A stretch of DNA of 64,000 nucleotides, from positions 1 through 64,000 of the IMG/VR virus record IMGVR_UViG_3300025161_000006. One strand, written 5' to 3'. This stretch comes from a virus. The position numbers were made by a program, and so were the translations under genes. Positions 26,868 through 38,800 of this stretch are shown piece after piece. The notes under the pieces were generated by a model. It made no database searches and had not been told where the DNA came from. It worked only from the letters and a program-made list of their open reading frames with translations. Numbering within the stretch: the stretch's first letter is position 1; each line of letters opens with the position of its first letter.

Positions 26868-27659
26868 ATGTTAAATGGTAAGTATGTAGAAGTAAGTAGA
26901 ATACTTGAGAATGTATCAAGAGACTTTGGGTTTCAACCACAAATACAGGATGTAGTTGAGTGGGTATGGACTATTGTCGGGTTGATTGGACTACCTGACA
27001 GTTTATATGATGATGCTGCTATTGTTGAGATAGAAAACTACAGGGGAGTATTGCCTGCTAACTTTTATGAACTTGCAGGAGAGGGAGCAGTCAGGGATTA
27101 CTATTCTAAAGAGCCTCTTGTATATATGACCAATACAGCTAACTTACTTGATGCTAATGAGTCTGCTGGAACTGTTGTATATTCAGAACGTCTTGGTATA
27201 CACAAAGATGAGAATGGTGTTGAGGATGATGTAGTACTTGTTAACCTTGTAAATGCATCATCCAACGAAACTAACTCTTACAAGATAACTGGAGATTATA
27301 TATACACAGGATTTAAAGAAGGCAAGATAGAGATGCAATATAAGGCATTTCCTGCCGATGCAAATGGGCTGCCTCTTGTACCTGAAGACCCCCAGTATAT
27401 ACGTGCTGTTACAGACTATATAGGTGAGAGGATGGCATTCAGGGCTATGCTAAGAGATGAAATTTCAGAGAGGAAATATATGCTAATTAAACAGCAATAT
27501 GCTTTCTCTATAGGTGCTGCAAGGACTAAGGGACTTATGCCTTCTATTGATAAGATGGAAGCTCTGAAGAACAGGTCTTACAGACTAATTAATACTAATA
27601 CAGAACATAGAGGTTCATTTAAGTATATGGGTGACCCGCAGTTATTAAGACGTATCTAA
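26868..27659 (+). CDS. Tail ring/tubular protein (P22 gp4-like)
   Basis: YKI.GDYIYTGFKEG.I...YKAFP.D.NG.PLVP; directly upstream of muzzle. Confidence 0.8.
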   Translation: MLNGKYVEVSRILENVSRDFGFQPQIQDVVEWVWTIVGLIGLPDSLYDDAAIVEIENYRGVLPANFYELAGEGAVRDYYSKEPLVYMTNTANLLDANESAGTVVYSERLGIHKDENGVEDDVVLVNLVNASSNETNSYKITGDYIYTGFKEGKIEMQYKAFPADANGLPLVPEDPQYIRAVTDYIGERMAFRAMLRDEISERKYMLIKQQYAFSIGAARTKGLMPSIDKMEALKNRSYRLINTNTEHRGSFKYMGDPQLLRRI

Positions 27660-27660
27660 T

Positions 27661-30600
27661 ATGAGTACTCCTGTTGTTAATACTTTCAGTGGCGGAATGA
27701 CTAAAGACTTGTCATTTAACAAGTTTCCAAATGATAAGTATTTTGATGCTTTAAATCTTCGTGTGTTAACTGATAAAGAAGGAGGTACAATATCACTTGT
27801 TTCTGCTAAAGGTAATCAGATTGTCACATCCTTCTATGGTCAGCTATTTGGCTATTGTTCTATACGTGATAACCTGTACTTATTTTATGAAAGTGATGAT
27901 ATTGGATATATAGTCAAAGTAGATATGTCCAATTATCATTTCACTACTATATATTCTAGTTCTGACCTATTGGGAGGTAGTGGATATGTTAGTGCTGTTG
28001 GAGTGTATGAATCTGAGAATATACAGAAGATATATTGGTCTGATGGGAGTAATCCGTTGAGGATGATTAATGTAGTAGCGGATAACTCAGGAAAAGTGCC
28101 TGATGATTTTAATATCTTACCTGCTGCTCCTATGAAACCCCCTTATATAACAGGCATAACTACAGGTAATCTTAAGACCTGTATGATACAGTATGCATAT
28201 AGATTGTATGTAGAACATGGCCAGCAAACTGCATTTTCTCCCGTAGGAAATATTGTACATATCACAGCAAGTCCTGATACTAATACAGAGAGCTACTATA
28301 CAGGCTCAGATGTAGATACATACACAGCCAAAGGCACAGTAGTCAAAGTGTATCTATATAGTATGCAATTCAACAGGATTGAACTTGTAGCTATCCAATA
28401 TGAAAGGCAAGAAGAGACCCCTACTATTCGTATAGTTGAAGATAGAGCTATATCACCTAATAGTTATTTGACACTTACATTTAGAGATATAGGGCAGAGC
28501 TTCGGTACATATAGTACTGAAGAATTTATGATATTAGCAGACTCTTCATTTACTTGTGGTACTTTGAAAGTAAAAGATAACATTCTTTTTGCTGCTAACA
28601 TAACTAATGAATCTGAACCATCGTTTAATTTTGATGCAAGAGCGTATAGTTTTGACCATCTTCAATATCTGTACTTATGGAGTTCTGATGGAAATGAATT
28701 AATTACAGGACATGTAGGTGGTTCTTATTATCACTATAAAAACTCTACAGGCACTCCATTTGATAGAAGCCATACAAATTATACCCTATATGCTACCTAC
28801 ACATCTCTATCACAAATACCTGCAAACTTTGATTGTGTAAACACATTTAACAATATTACCAGAGATAGTATAGATGCTACATGGTCTCAGTTTCAAATGG
28901 ATGGCACTACCTTTGGAGCTGAAGGGCCTAACATTAAAATTAGTATAGATGTTAACTCCAAACCCATAGGTAATTACGATAGCACATCTAAGGTGATATC
29001 TCCTGTAGATTCAGATACATCATTTAGGCAAAGCTATGCTAATCCACTCTGGCAGTCTTACAGGTCATTTCAACCAGGAGAGATATACAGGCTTGGACTG
29101 GTAATATACAGCAATAATAGACCATCTCCTGTCAAGTGGATTTGTGATATAAGAATACCCGAAGAATCACAAATAGGTCCACTATTTACAGTAAGTAATG
29201 GTATTATCTATGCTAAGGTAGTATCTATGGGTGTATTTCTCAGAAACTTACCACTAGGAGGTTCTGCAGCACAGGTTGTTATGGTAAAGAGAGATATACA
29301 GAATTCTACTATACTTGCTATGGGTGCTATGTATCCTACACTGATAAGAAATGATATACCAGGTGCAGCTAATAAAGTGCAGTATGCACCTATGATTACA
29401 ATGCCTACCAATGTAAGTACATCTATTGTTAAGTTTGTTGCTCCAGAGATAGTGTATGGAACATTCACTCCAGCTAATGGAGACTTCTTCAGATTTAAAT
29501 CATATTTTAGTGGACATCAGTACTATACAATCACTTATGATTCTACACTACGTGGTTACTTAATACGAAATGGTGCTACAAGTATACTTAATCAATCTTA
29601 TCGTATTGATATAACTCCTACTGCACTTACCTTTATGACTCAACCTGAGTCTGGTGATTATACATCATATAATGTAGGTAGTGGTATTACTAATCTTGGT
29701 GTAATGGATACAGGTTCTGCGAGAACTCTTGCAGGCAGTGGTATAGCTGCTGCTTTATCATCAGCTGATGATAGTGCTCTTAGAACATTATGTAATGCTA
29801 TTAATGACTATACAAATGTTTTATTTTGCTCTTACAGAAGGCCACTGACTAATCAATATGGTGGTAACTCTTATACAGCACGTCAGTTTAATATATATAC
29901 TCCTGTACCTTTCACAGGCATTGCTATAAACCTTGCTTTCTGGGGTATATCAGACCCAGCTCCGCAGTATAACACTACAAGTGCTTATACACAGTCTGGA
30001 TTTATAACTATATATGGAGATACTTTTGCTGGTATGTTTGACTATCTGAATGGTTCATATGATACTAGTCTATCTGTAAGCAATAGAATCATGTATGTTC
30101 ATCTATTTCCTACATATAGCAGAATAAATCTGGCTCTTACCTCAGGAGATATATTTACAAGGTCAACAGACCCACTTGCTTATGCAGTGAAAGAAAAAGC
30201 AGGAGCTCAGGATGCTGGTGGTGATTTAATCTACACACAGAATAGAGATTACTATGTATATAATACAGTATTCTCTCAGATGCCTTCTTACCCTTATTTC
30301 TTCCCACAGCGAGATATTAGTAAGAGCTATAGATATGATTCAAGGATTAAGTTCTCACTTAAGAAGGTTGCAGGAGAACTAAAGGATTCATGGTGTAACT
30401 TTAGACCAGGTAATTACAAGGACCTTGATTCTATGTATGGTGCTATTAATGCTATGCTAATATTCAAGGGAAGATTAATAATCTTTCAGACTAGTGCTGT
30501 AGCTACAGGTGCTGTTGATGATAGGCAAATGGTATCTCAAGATTCAACATTTGGGTCTGTAACAATAGGTGTTGCACAGCCATTACAATGGATAAACTAT

Positions 30601-31419
30601 ATAACTACAGAGTATGGATGCAAGCATCCTTATCAGGCAATAGCTACAGATAATGCTATATACTGGATAGATAAAAGAACAAAAGAGTTATTAACACTTG
30701 CTGGAGATACAGGAGTATTATCACTGTCTAAATCTCTGGGTATGCAGAGCTGGTTTGAAAGTATAAATCCAGATTATACTATGTTAGCATATGACAAGAA
30801 GCTTAAGGAAGTGTATATATTCGATAATAATGTAATTACTCCAACTACTGCAAAATCTTTAGTATTCTCTGAGTATATAAAGGCTTTCTCAGGATTCTTA
30901 ACTATGTACACAAGTACCTTGTTTATACAACATCAGGAAAGATTGCTCTCTACAATTCAGTATAATATGTGTAATGGGCGTTCTGGTGCTCCTGATGAGC
31001 AGATTGGGTTGATATCCTGGAATACAGGCAGCTATCATAGTTTCTATGATTATATCAGACCTGCAACACTTGACATAATACTATGTCCTGCTAATACTAA
31101 CTCATTTAGGATGGATGTCACAGAGTTCTCTACTGAAGTACTTAATGACAGCTCTGTTCCCTATCATAATATGACATGGACTACTATGAATGTGACTAAC
31201 TCCTATCAGAATACAGGTACAATAACATTTGTGCCTGAGAACAACATTATCAAGAGATTTAAACTATGGAGATTTAATATGTTCAGAGATGCAACTACAG
31301 ACTCTCCAAGCATTAAAGATAGCTATGGCAGGATGCATCTTGAATTTACCCCTCCAGATGTTGGATGGTCTATTAAGTGTAATGATATACAATCATTAGT
31401 AACATTAAGAAGACAATAA
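27661..31419 (+). CDS. Tail muzzle/stabilisation protein (P22 gp10-like)
   Basis: NTFSGGMTKDL, YFDALNLR, KIYWSDG.NPLR.IN, GEIYRLG, QYGGNSY..R, YGGAIN-like YGAIN. Confidence 0.85.
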   Translation: MSTPVVNTFSGGMTKDLSFNKFPNDKYFDALNLRVLTDKEGGTISLVSAKGNQIVTSFYGQLFGYCSIRDNLYLFYESDDIGYIVKVDMSNYHFTTIYSSSDLLGGSGYVSAVGVYESENIQKIYWSDGSNPLRMINVVADNSGKVPDDFNILPAAPMKPPYITGITTGNLKTCMIQYAYRLYVEHGQQTAFSPVGNIVHITASPDTNTESYYTGSDVDTYTAKGTVVKVYLYSMQFNRIELVAIQYERQEETPTIRIVEDRAISPNSYLTLTFRDIGQSFGTYSTEEFMILADSSFTCGTLKVKDNILFAANITNESEPSFNFDARAYSFDHLQYLYLWSSDGNELITGHVGGSYYHYKNSTGTPFDRSHTNYTLYATYTSLSQIPANFDCVNTFNNITRDSIDATWSQFQMDGTTFGAEGPNIKISIDVNSKPIGNYDSTSKVISPVDSDTSFRQSYANPLWQSYRSFQPGEIYRLGLVIYSNNRPSPVKWICDIRIPEESQIGPLFTVSNGIIYAKVVSMGVFLRNLPLGGSAAQVVMVKRDIQNSTILAMGAMYPTLIRNDIPGAANKVQYAPMITMPTNVSTSIVKFVAPEIVYGTFTPANGDFFRFKSYFSGHQYYTITYDSTLRGYLIRNGATSILNQSYRIDITPTALTFMTQPESGDYTSYNVGSGITNLGVMDTGSARTLAGSGIAAALSSADDSALRTLCNAINDYTNVLFCSYRRPLTNQYGGNSYTARQFNIYTPVPFTGIAINLAFWGISDPAPQYNTTSAYTQSGFITIYGDTFAGMFDYLNGSYDTSLSVSNRIMYVHLFPTYSRINLALTSGDIFTRSTDPLAYAVKEKAGAQDAGGDLIYTQNRDYYVYNTVFSQMPSYPYFFPQRDISKSYRYDSRIKFSLKKVAGELKDSWCNFRPGNYKDLDSMYGAINAMLIFKGRLIIFQTSAVATGAVDDRQMVSQDSTFGSVTIGVAQPLQWINYITTEYGCKHPYQAIATDNAIYWIDKRTKELLTLAGDTGVLSLSKSLGMQSWFESINPDYTMLAYDKKLKEVYIFDNNVITPTTAKSLVFSEYIKAFSGFLTMYTSTLFIQHQERLLSTIQYNMCNGRSGAPDEQIGLISWNTGSYHSFYDYIRPATLDIILCPANTNSFRMDVTEFSTEVLNDSSVPYHNMTWTTMNVTNSYQNTGTITFVPENNIIKRFKLWRFNMFRDATTDSPSIKDSYGRMHLEFTPPDVGWSIKCNDIQSLVTLRRQ

Positions 31420-31432
31420 GGAAAAATTTTAT

Positions 31433-31440
31433 TAATTTTG
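31433..31440 (+). promoter_or_regulatory. Bacteroidota -7 element upstream of cargo genes
   Basis: TAATTTTG, intergenic. Confidence 0.5.
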
Positions 31441-31456
31441 ACAAAACTTTCATATT

Positions 31457-33868
31457 ATGGCTACTCCAAAACTTATTCAATATAAAGGTCAGACACATGA
31501 TGGTCCTGATGGAGGAATACCTGTTGATTCATATGGTAATCCCGCCGCTGTAACAAATAATTCCGTGGCTGCACAGGTTGAACAACCTGAAGTAGGGTAT
31601 AAGAAACCTGATGGCTCTACCTATGTATTCTCTGATAAGCTCAAAATGCCCGGTACTAGTAAGAGCTTTGCAGATATTGCTAATAACATAAAGAGTAAAT
31701 ATAAGCTCAGACTTGGTAAGAACCAGGAAAGATTTAATGCTATTGACTCTGCAGCTATGCAGAAACAACTTGATGAGCTTGCCCTGATACAAGAAACAGT
31801 TAAAGGTAATACTACCCTTGTTAATGATTATCAAGGTAATACAGCTAATCAGGCCATGCAGCAGCCTTCTCAAGAAGATATAGCAGCTACTCAAATGCAG
31901 GGTGCTATGCCTGAACAATATGACCTGGGTGGGTGGTTTAAGGACCATAAAGCAGGCATACTTGGTGGATTAGCCACTCTTGGTGGTGTAGCTGCAATGT
32001 TTGTACCTGGAGGGCAGCTTATTGCTCCTACCCTTATTAGTGGTGGACTTGGTGGTATAACTGCAGATGTACAGGGTTCTACAAATAGAGCAATTACTGA
32101 AGAACAAGCTAAGAATCAAGAAATTCAAAATAGAATGTCTATGATTGACAAGAGAATACAAACACAGGCAGCTCCTGTGTATAATCCTATTATGGCTCTT
32201 GGTGGAGACCTGGCTGAGTTTGATACAGAAGAAGATGCTATCAAGCATGGATATATACCCTGGGGTAAAACTGGTATTTATATTAAGCCTTCACGTAGAG
32301 GTACATTCACTGCTGCAGCAAAAAGAGCTGGCATGGGTGTGCAGGCTTTTGCAAGGCATGTACTTGCTAATAAGGATAGATATTCTTCAGCTATGGTGAA
32401 GAAGGCTAACTTTGCACGTAATGCAGCTAAGTGGAAACATGAGTTAGGAGGTCCAATACAGGCTAGTGGTATTATGCAACATCTTGCTGACGGTGGTAAG
32501 ATAGCTACAGTAGGTGGAAAGGAGGAGCCTGGTAAACTTCCTAAATATACAGACTTAGTTAAGCTATATGGTCCTAACCTTGAGAGAATGCCTGAGAATG
32601 AAAAAGAAGAATATGTCAGGATGTTAGGTAGTATAGTTGGTACTCAAGATAGTGACACACACATGTCTCTTCCAATACGTGAAGGTACTACTAATGTGCT
32701 GTTTACTGAACAACGAGCTACCCAACCATATACACAAGCTCCTACTGCTGGGTTAGACCTGATAGGTATTGACCCAAATACAGGCAAAGCTATTACAACT
32801 GCAAGGCAAGCTCCTGTTGCAACACAAGAATATGCTAATGCTCTGTACGAAATGGTAACAGCAGGTATACTTCCTATAGAGTATATTGCTTCTCCAGAGA
32901 AGCGCTATGCTGTTGATAAATATCTTGCTCGTAATAATATGAATGTTGATGAAGCTGGTAATGTTACTTATGGTCCTGATGATAAGGGTACTTACACAAA
33001 TACATTAAGATATGTAATGTCATTTCCACAGAACCTTGCTACTTTAAGAAAATATGTAGAAGCTACAGGTGAAGGATATGACTTGCTGAGAGACCTGGAA
33101 AGTAGAACACGTGCTGCTGATGAGGCCAATAAGGCAAGGAATTATATTGAAACTGACAGGATATTGAATAATTATCCTATACCATTTTATAGTAAAGGAG
33201 GTAAAATACCCAAGCTTGAGCCTGAAGATGCATCTACAAGTTCTACAATTCCTACTGATATAGCTCATGCATGGACTAATCCCTGGCCTACTATAGCAGC
33301 TTCAGCATTAAACTTTGGATTAGCACTTGCCTCTCCCTCTGTGAGAGGGGCTGGTAGGATACCTTATAGAAGGTATGCTCCTGCTGAAGTAAACCTTGGC
33401 AATCTCAAGAGAGATATTATTAGCTCAGGTAATGATGCAGCAAGAGCAGCACAGCTCTCTTATGCAGGACTTGACCCGGCTCTTCAGACAGCTGCAACTA
33501 TAGCAGCTAATGAAGCTGCACGTAGAGCTACTATTAGTGGATTAACACAAGCAGCTACTCAGGAAGGAATATTTAATGCCCAGGCAAGAAATGCTGCAGC
33601 TCAGTTCAATACACAGCTTGCTGCACAGACAGACTTGTATAATGAGATGTTGAAAAAGCAAGCACTTGAGCAGAAGTATGGCTTATATAGTAAAGCTGCT
33701 CAACCATGGATGCAGAGAGCTCAAGATTTGGCTCTTATGGAGAATGATATTATTGCCGCTAACATGAGGGCACCAGACTATTATATGGCTGAGCAAGATG
33801 CTGGCAATGGACCTTTGTATAGAATGTTCCATAGACCTGTGTACTATAGAAAGTATAAAGGCAATTAA
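31457..33868 (+). CDS. Virion cargo/ejection protein 1
   Basis: GQTHDGPDGGIPV, YVFSDKL, Gly-rich TM segment, IYIKPSRRGTFT domain, Ala/Gln-rich C-terminus; follows muzzle. Confidence 0.75.
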   Translation: MATPKLIQYKGQTHDGPDGGIPVDSYGNPAAVTNNSVAAQVEQPEVGYKKPDGSTYVFSDKLKMPGTSKSFADIANNIKSKYKLRLGKNQERFNAIDSAAMQKQLDELALIQETVKGNTTLVNDYQGNTANQAMQQPSQEDIAATQMQGAMPEQYDLGGWFKDHKAGILGGLATLGGVAAMFVPGGQLIAPTLISGGLGGITADVQGSTNRAITEEQAKNQEIQNRMSMIDKRIQTQAAPVYNPIMALGGDLAEFDTEEDAIKHGYIPWGKTGIYIKPSRRGTFTAAAKRAGMGVQAFARHVLANKDRYSSAMVKKANFARNAAKWKHELGGPIQASGIMQHLADGGKIATVGGKEEPGKLPKYTDLVKLYGPNLERMPENEKEEYVRMLGSIVGTQDSDTHMSLPIREGTTNVLFTEQRATQPYTQAPTAGLDLIGIDPNTGKAITTARQAPVATQEYANALYEMVTAGILPIEYIASPEKRYAVDKYLARNNMNVDEAGNVTYGPDDKGTYTNTLRYVMSFPQNLATLRKYVEATGEGYDLLRDLESRTRAADEANKARNYIETDRILNNYPIPFYSKGGKIPKLEPEDASTSSTIPTDIAHAWTNPWPTIAASALNFGLALASPSVRGAGRIPYRRYAPAEVNLGNLKRDIISSGNDAARAAQLSYAGLDPALQTAATIAANEAARRATISGLTQAATQEGIFNAQARNAAAQFNTQLAAQTDLYNEMLKKQALEQKYGLYSKAAQPWMQRAQDLALMENDIIAANMRAPDYYMAEQDAGNGPLYRMFHRPVYYRKYKGN

Positions 33869-33881
33869 TATACTATAACAT

Positions 33882-35816
33882 ATGAGAGGATATAATCCAT
33901 ACTTACTTAACCGGGGGTATTCAAATCAAGCTTCTGCAGATGTAGGTGTAGAAGTGCCTGCGCTCTATAACCCTGCTTTTGGTGATAAGATTACTGAGGC
34001 TATAGCTTACAATCAGGAGCGTGCTGATAAAATAAATCAGGCTATTGCTGAGATGAAAGCTAAACAAGCTCAGGAAGTAGCAGTGTCACAATTAGATGAA
34101 GCAGTAAGGCAAAAAGCTATTGATGATATTAATCAGCAATACAATGCCCTCATGGAGAAGCATGCTAATGACCCTTCAGCTGCTTATACTGACCTTGTTA
34201 AGTTAGTGGGTAATGCATGGAACAGTCCTTTCTGGATGGCTAACAGATATAAAGCTAAGCAACTTGAGACAGAGCAATCTCTGGCACAGCAAGGATATTT
34301 GGTCTTTAAGTCTATTAAAGATATACCTATTGCTGACCCAACCACAGGCAGGATAAAATCATTTGAAGAGTTAACTCCTCATATTGAAAAAGCTAATGAC
34401 TGGGCTGCCAGGCAAACTCAGATTGTGGATGATGTGCTAAAGACTGAAAGTTTTGATGGTCCTCTACCAACTCCTGAGGAGATACAAAAACAAATTAAGG
34501 CTGGAGTACCGTGGGTAAGTATACTCAAGACATCTGGTATATTCACTTCACAGGTAGCTAAGAAGTTGGAAGGTATGATAAAAGAATATAAGGCAACAGC
34601 TCCTGAACACTATGACCAGCAAAAGCGTTGGTACATGAAAGAGTATAAGGAGTTACATCCTGATGCTTCAGATAATGAAGCTGCAGATGCTGCAGATGAT
34701 AGGATATCTAAAGAAGTTGCTGTTAAAGCAATGAATAGGGTATGGACAGCTACAGATAGGCAGGTACTTACTATACCAAGTGGATTTGGTTCTACTAATA
34801 ATGAGCCATATAAGCCACCTCTTGTACCAGGGCCAACAGTAGTTCTGAACTACCCACTCTCTTCATTATCCAAGGCGACTGCTTTGAAAGATGCAGTTAA
34901 AGTAGCAAAAGGTGATGATATAGAAACTAAAGAAGCTGCACGTCATGTCATTGGACTTACTCTTGCAGACCTTAAAGACGATGCTGATGTTAAACCATTC
35001 ATTGCCTATGATAGTAAAGGTAATATAGATACTGATAAAACACTGTATAACTTATATGGCTCGGCAGCATCTCAATTTGAACCTAACACTAAGAGTCAGG
35101 AAGGTGAAATAAAATTAACAGAGGCAACTACTGGCCCAGCTGCTGTGGAAGGACTACCCTCACAAGAAACAAAGAAGGCAATAAAGAAAATAGATGATGC
35201 ACTTACACAAAAAGCACAGTTTTTCAAGCGTCCTATGAATTTCCAGGTATATATGTTACATCCTGCCATATCAGATAATGCAAATAACATTATTAACACT
35301 TATGTCAGAAACTCAATAGATACTCATAAGGTAGAAATAGTTGGTACTGCTGATAAAGATTCAGAAAAGCTTATGAATCCCAAGAATAGAGAAAAGCTGC
35401 TCGTACTGGGTACTAAAGATAAGCCAACTGCTGAAGATTTAGGTAATGCACGTATAGTAGGATTTACTGGAGACTACTCAACAGGTATAATCTATTATGC
35501 TAAGACAGATAATAATACTTACTTGTTAAGAACCCCAGATGCAGCTATTAATGGTGTATCAGCTAATATGCTTGGAGATGAAGCTAGTACAATATATCTT
35601 GCAAACCGTGCATATGAGCAGTTGAAAACAAATGCAAAAGACCCACAAGCTAAATATTTAAGCGTAGATGCTCTCTTTGGTGATGAACATTCAAAGAATG
35701 CTCTTAACATATTACTTGCACAGACAGGTGTTAAGCTCGATGCTAATGATAATGCAGAGACTTTATTCGGAAAGATTAAAGGTGTTGAAGTAGTAAATGC
35801 ATTTAATACAAAATAA
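33882..35816 (+). CDS. Virion cargo protein 2
   Basis: Helical 644-aa protein between cargo 1 and the RNAP gene. Confidence 0.65.
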   Translation: MRGYNPYLLNRGYSNQASADVGVEVPALYNPAFGDKITEAIAYNQERADKINQAIAEMKAKQAQEVAVSQLDEAVRQKAIDDINQQYNALMEKHANDPSAAYTDLVKLVGNAWNSPFWMANRYKAKQLETEQSLAQQGYLVFKSIKDIPIADPTTGRIKSFEELTPHIEKANDWAARQTQIVDDVLKTESFDGPLPTPEEIQKQIKAGVPWVSILKTSGIFTSQVAKKLEGMIKEYKATAPEHYDQQKRWYMKEYKELHPDASDNEAADAADDRISKEVAVKAMNRVWTATDRQVLTIPSGFGSTNNEPYKPPLVPGPTVVLNYPLSSLSKATALKDAVKVAKGDDIETKEAARHVIGLTLADLKDDADVKPFIAYDSKGNIDTDKTLYNLYGSAASQFEPNTKSQEGEIKLTEATTGPAAVEGLPSQETKKAIKKIDDALTQKAQFFKRPMNFQVYMLHPAISDNANNIINTYVRNSIDTHKVEIVGTADKDSEKLMNPKNREKLLVLGTKDKPTAEDLGNARIVGFTGDYSTGIIYYAKTDNNTYLLRTPDAAINGVSANMLGDEASTIYLANRAYEQLKTNAKDPQAKYLSVDALFGDEHSKNALNILLAQTGVKLDANDNAETLFGKIKGVEVVNAFNTK

Positions 35817-35823
35817 TTCTACT

Positions 35824-38800
35824 ATGAGAAAATTTTCTATTGACAAGAATGTTTTAACTGAAAATTATGCTAACCCCACTTCTATTACACCCGAAGAAGC
35901 TGCTAAACAACCTATACTAAGTACACCTGGCCAAATAGGTTATACTTATGAGCAACTAAAAAGGTATATACCAGGACTTGTATCTCCCTATGATTTTCAA
36001 GAACAGCTTGGTGTTTATCAGCCAGCATCAAGTAAAGTACTCAATGGTCTTGGTAAGATGGGTATTACAGCTGCAGCTACCTTCAGTGATGCTTTTATTG
36101 GCACTGCAGTAGGACTTGTCAATATGATTGGTGGTGGTAGCTTTACAGATAATCCTTATAGTAGAGCTGTTAATGACCTTCTCGCTAAATCAGAAGAGTG
36201 GCTTCCTAACTATAGAACACATGCAGAAGAGAATATGAACTTATTACAGAAGTTAGGTACTGCTAACTTCTGGGCTGATTCTATCATTAAGAACACAGGC
36301 TTTGCACTTGGTATGCTTGGTGCTGCTATGGTAGGTAATGAACTTGCCTTCTCCAAGATATTTGGTGCATCCAAGTTAGAAGGTCAGATAATGAGAGCTC
36401 TTGGTGCTTATGGCGATGATGCTGTCAAAGGCATTAAGGCTCTTGATGGTACTATACTTCAATCATCAGATGACGTACTGAAAGCACTGTATACAAATAA
36501 TCTTGACCTTGCTAATCTGTCCAATGAGGTTATCCAGAATGCTAAAATGCTCAAGATAAAGAGTGGACTTCAGGCAGTTACATCGGCAGCCTGGGGTGCT
36601 CAAGGTGAAGCAAGGTTTGAAAGTATTAATACACGAGATGAAACATATCAAAATTTAATAAGAGATGAGCTAATAAAGACGCAGCAGCAAAATCCTTATA
36701 GGCTTATCACTGAAAATGATATTCCTGAAGAGAGAAAGCAGGAGTTTAAAAAGCAAGCTGCTGCTGCAGGTAATATTGACTTCGCCTTAAACATGCCACT
36801 GCTTACTGCTGGTGAGCTTATACAGTTTAGTAAGGTTCTTGGCAGAGGATATAAGTTCGAGAAGAGAGCTTTTAACCTGCTGCAAGATAAAGTAGCTCTT
36901 GATGAGACAGGTAAGATGGTTATCCAGGCACCTAAGGGATTCTGGCAAAAGGCTGCACGTGCTGCACTTGTTACAGGTAAGGTGCTTGAAAGGCCCTATC
37001 TTGAAGGTCAGGAAGAGCAGCTTCAGTTTGCTATACAGGAAGGTTCAGAAGATTATGTAGCAAGAAGGAATGACCCTAACAGTCAAGGGTGGTTAACAGA
37101 TGGATTTAAAGCTACAGTTGAAGGGTTATCTAAAGCCTATGGTACTCAGGAGGGGTGGGAGAACTTCCTCGCCGGATTTATCACCTCTATGATACCTATG
37201 CCTACCTTTGGAGCTAAAGGAGCTCCTAAGTTTATGTCTCCTATGGTAGAAAGCATCAAGGAGTTAAAGGAAGGTAGAGCTGCTGTACAGTCTGCTGTTA
37301 ATTCCTTTAATAAGATGTACAACACTTATGAACCTCTTATTAAAGGTATTACAGCAATACGTAGTTATGAACAAGATAAGTCCAAAGCTTTAGAGAATGA
37401 TGATGTATTCTCATATGAATCAGCTAACTCAATGCAGCTTACAGAGCTTGTAATGGCACTGCATGAGCTTGGTAGGCTTGACATATTAAAAGAGAAGATT
37501 GCACAAGCACGTGAGCTAAGTGGTGATGATATTATTAAGATGCTCACTATAACCAAGGATGCGCAAGGCAATCCTCTTCCTCAGGAAAAGTGGATTAATC
37601 CTTATGAAAATACAGACCCTGATGAAGTTAAGCAGATATACAATCAAAGACTTGATAAGCTACAAGCTCAGATAGATGCTATTGCTAAGATTAAGGAAGG
37701 AGTAGAAACACAATTTGGTAAATATACCAGCGCTGAAGGTAGGGTGGCGCTCATTCATGACCTTGCCTATGCTGAGAACCTTGACAGTAGAATAAAGAGT
37801 ATGTCTGCTGACCTTCAGAGGCTTGGTGTTGTAGATAGTGAAAAGCTTGCTGCACTACTTGAAGAAAGAGCTAAGCTTGGCCTGGATATTGCAGGTGCTA
37901 CTACACGTGCTGACATATCTAAACTGGATGAGCTTAACAAGAAGATAATTGATGGTATTGTAGCCTTTGAAGGTGAGAATGCAAGACCAGAGCTTGAGGC
38001 TATGGCTAAAGCAAATCCTCAAGCTCTCATTGAAAGAGCAAGAGCTTCTATTCAGGAAGAACCTACACGTAGAGCTGGTCTTAGATTGATACATACCTCT
38101 ATACTTGAGAAAACAAATACCAAGAGAGAAGAAATAGTAAAAGAAAAAGCAGCTCTTAATGAGAATAAAGAAATAGCTGAAGAAGAAAAGACTGCTAAGA
38201 ATGCAGAGCTTGACAAGCAACTTGAGATATATGATAAGGTACTTAAGACTAGTCAGGATAGACTTAGTGAACTTCTTGGTAATAACTATGATTGGATAGC
38301 AGATGAACTTAAAGCTCTTGAAGAAGAAAATGCCAGATACACTAAAGCTAAGGAAGAACTTGATGCACTTGTAAAGCAACAGAATGCTCTTGTAGAGAAG
38401 ATTGCAGAAGTACAGACAAATAAACTTGCTACTCTTGGTCCTGTATATGGACTATCTAAAGAAGAGTATATCAACAGATTAGTTGCTCTGCATGATGCTC
38501 AGGAGCAGCTTAATGCCAATGTAGCTGCCAGGATGAAAGAAGCTCCTCATCTTTCTGAGGATATATTCAAGCTTGTTACTGATATAAGTAGAGCCCAGAA
38601 TGCTAAGCTCAGGGCACTTAACAATTATATGAACAATGTTAAAGCTATACATGATAACCCTGAAGCTTTTCAGAAGAGATTAGATAAGTTATTTGACCAT
38701 CTTAACAACAGAGCTGTAGAGTCAAGAATTGCCACTCTTAAGGAAGCTACAGACCTTGCGAATGGTAGAATGGCTTTTGTTGATAATGCTAGTAAAGAAG

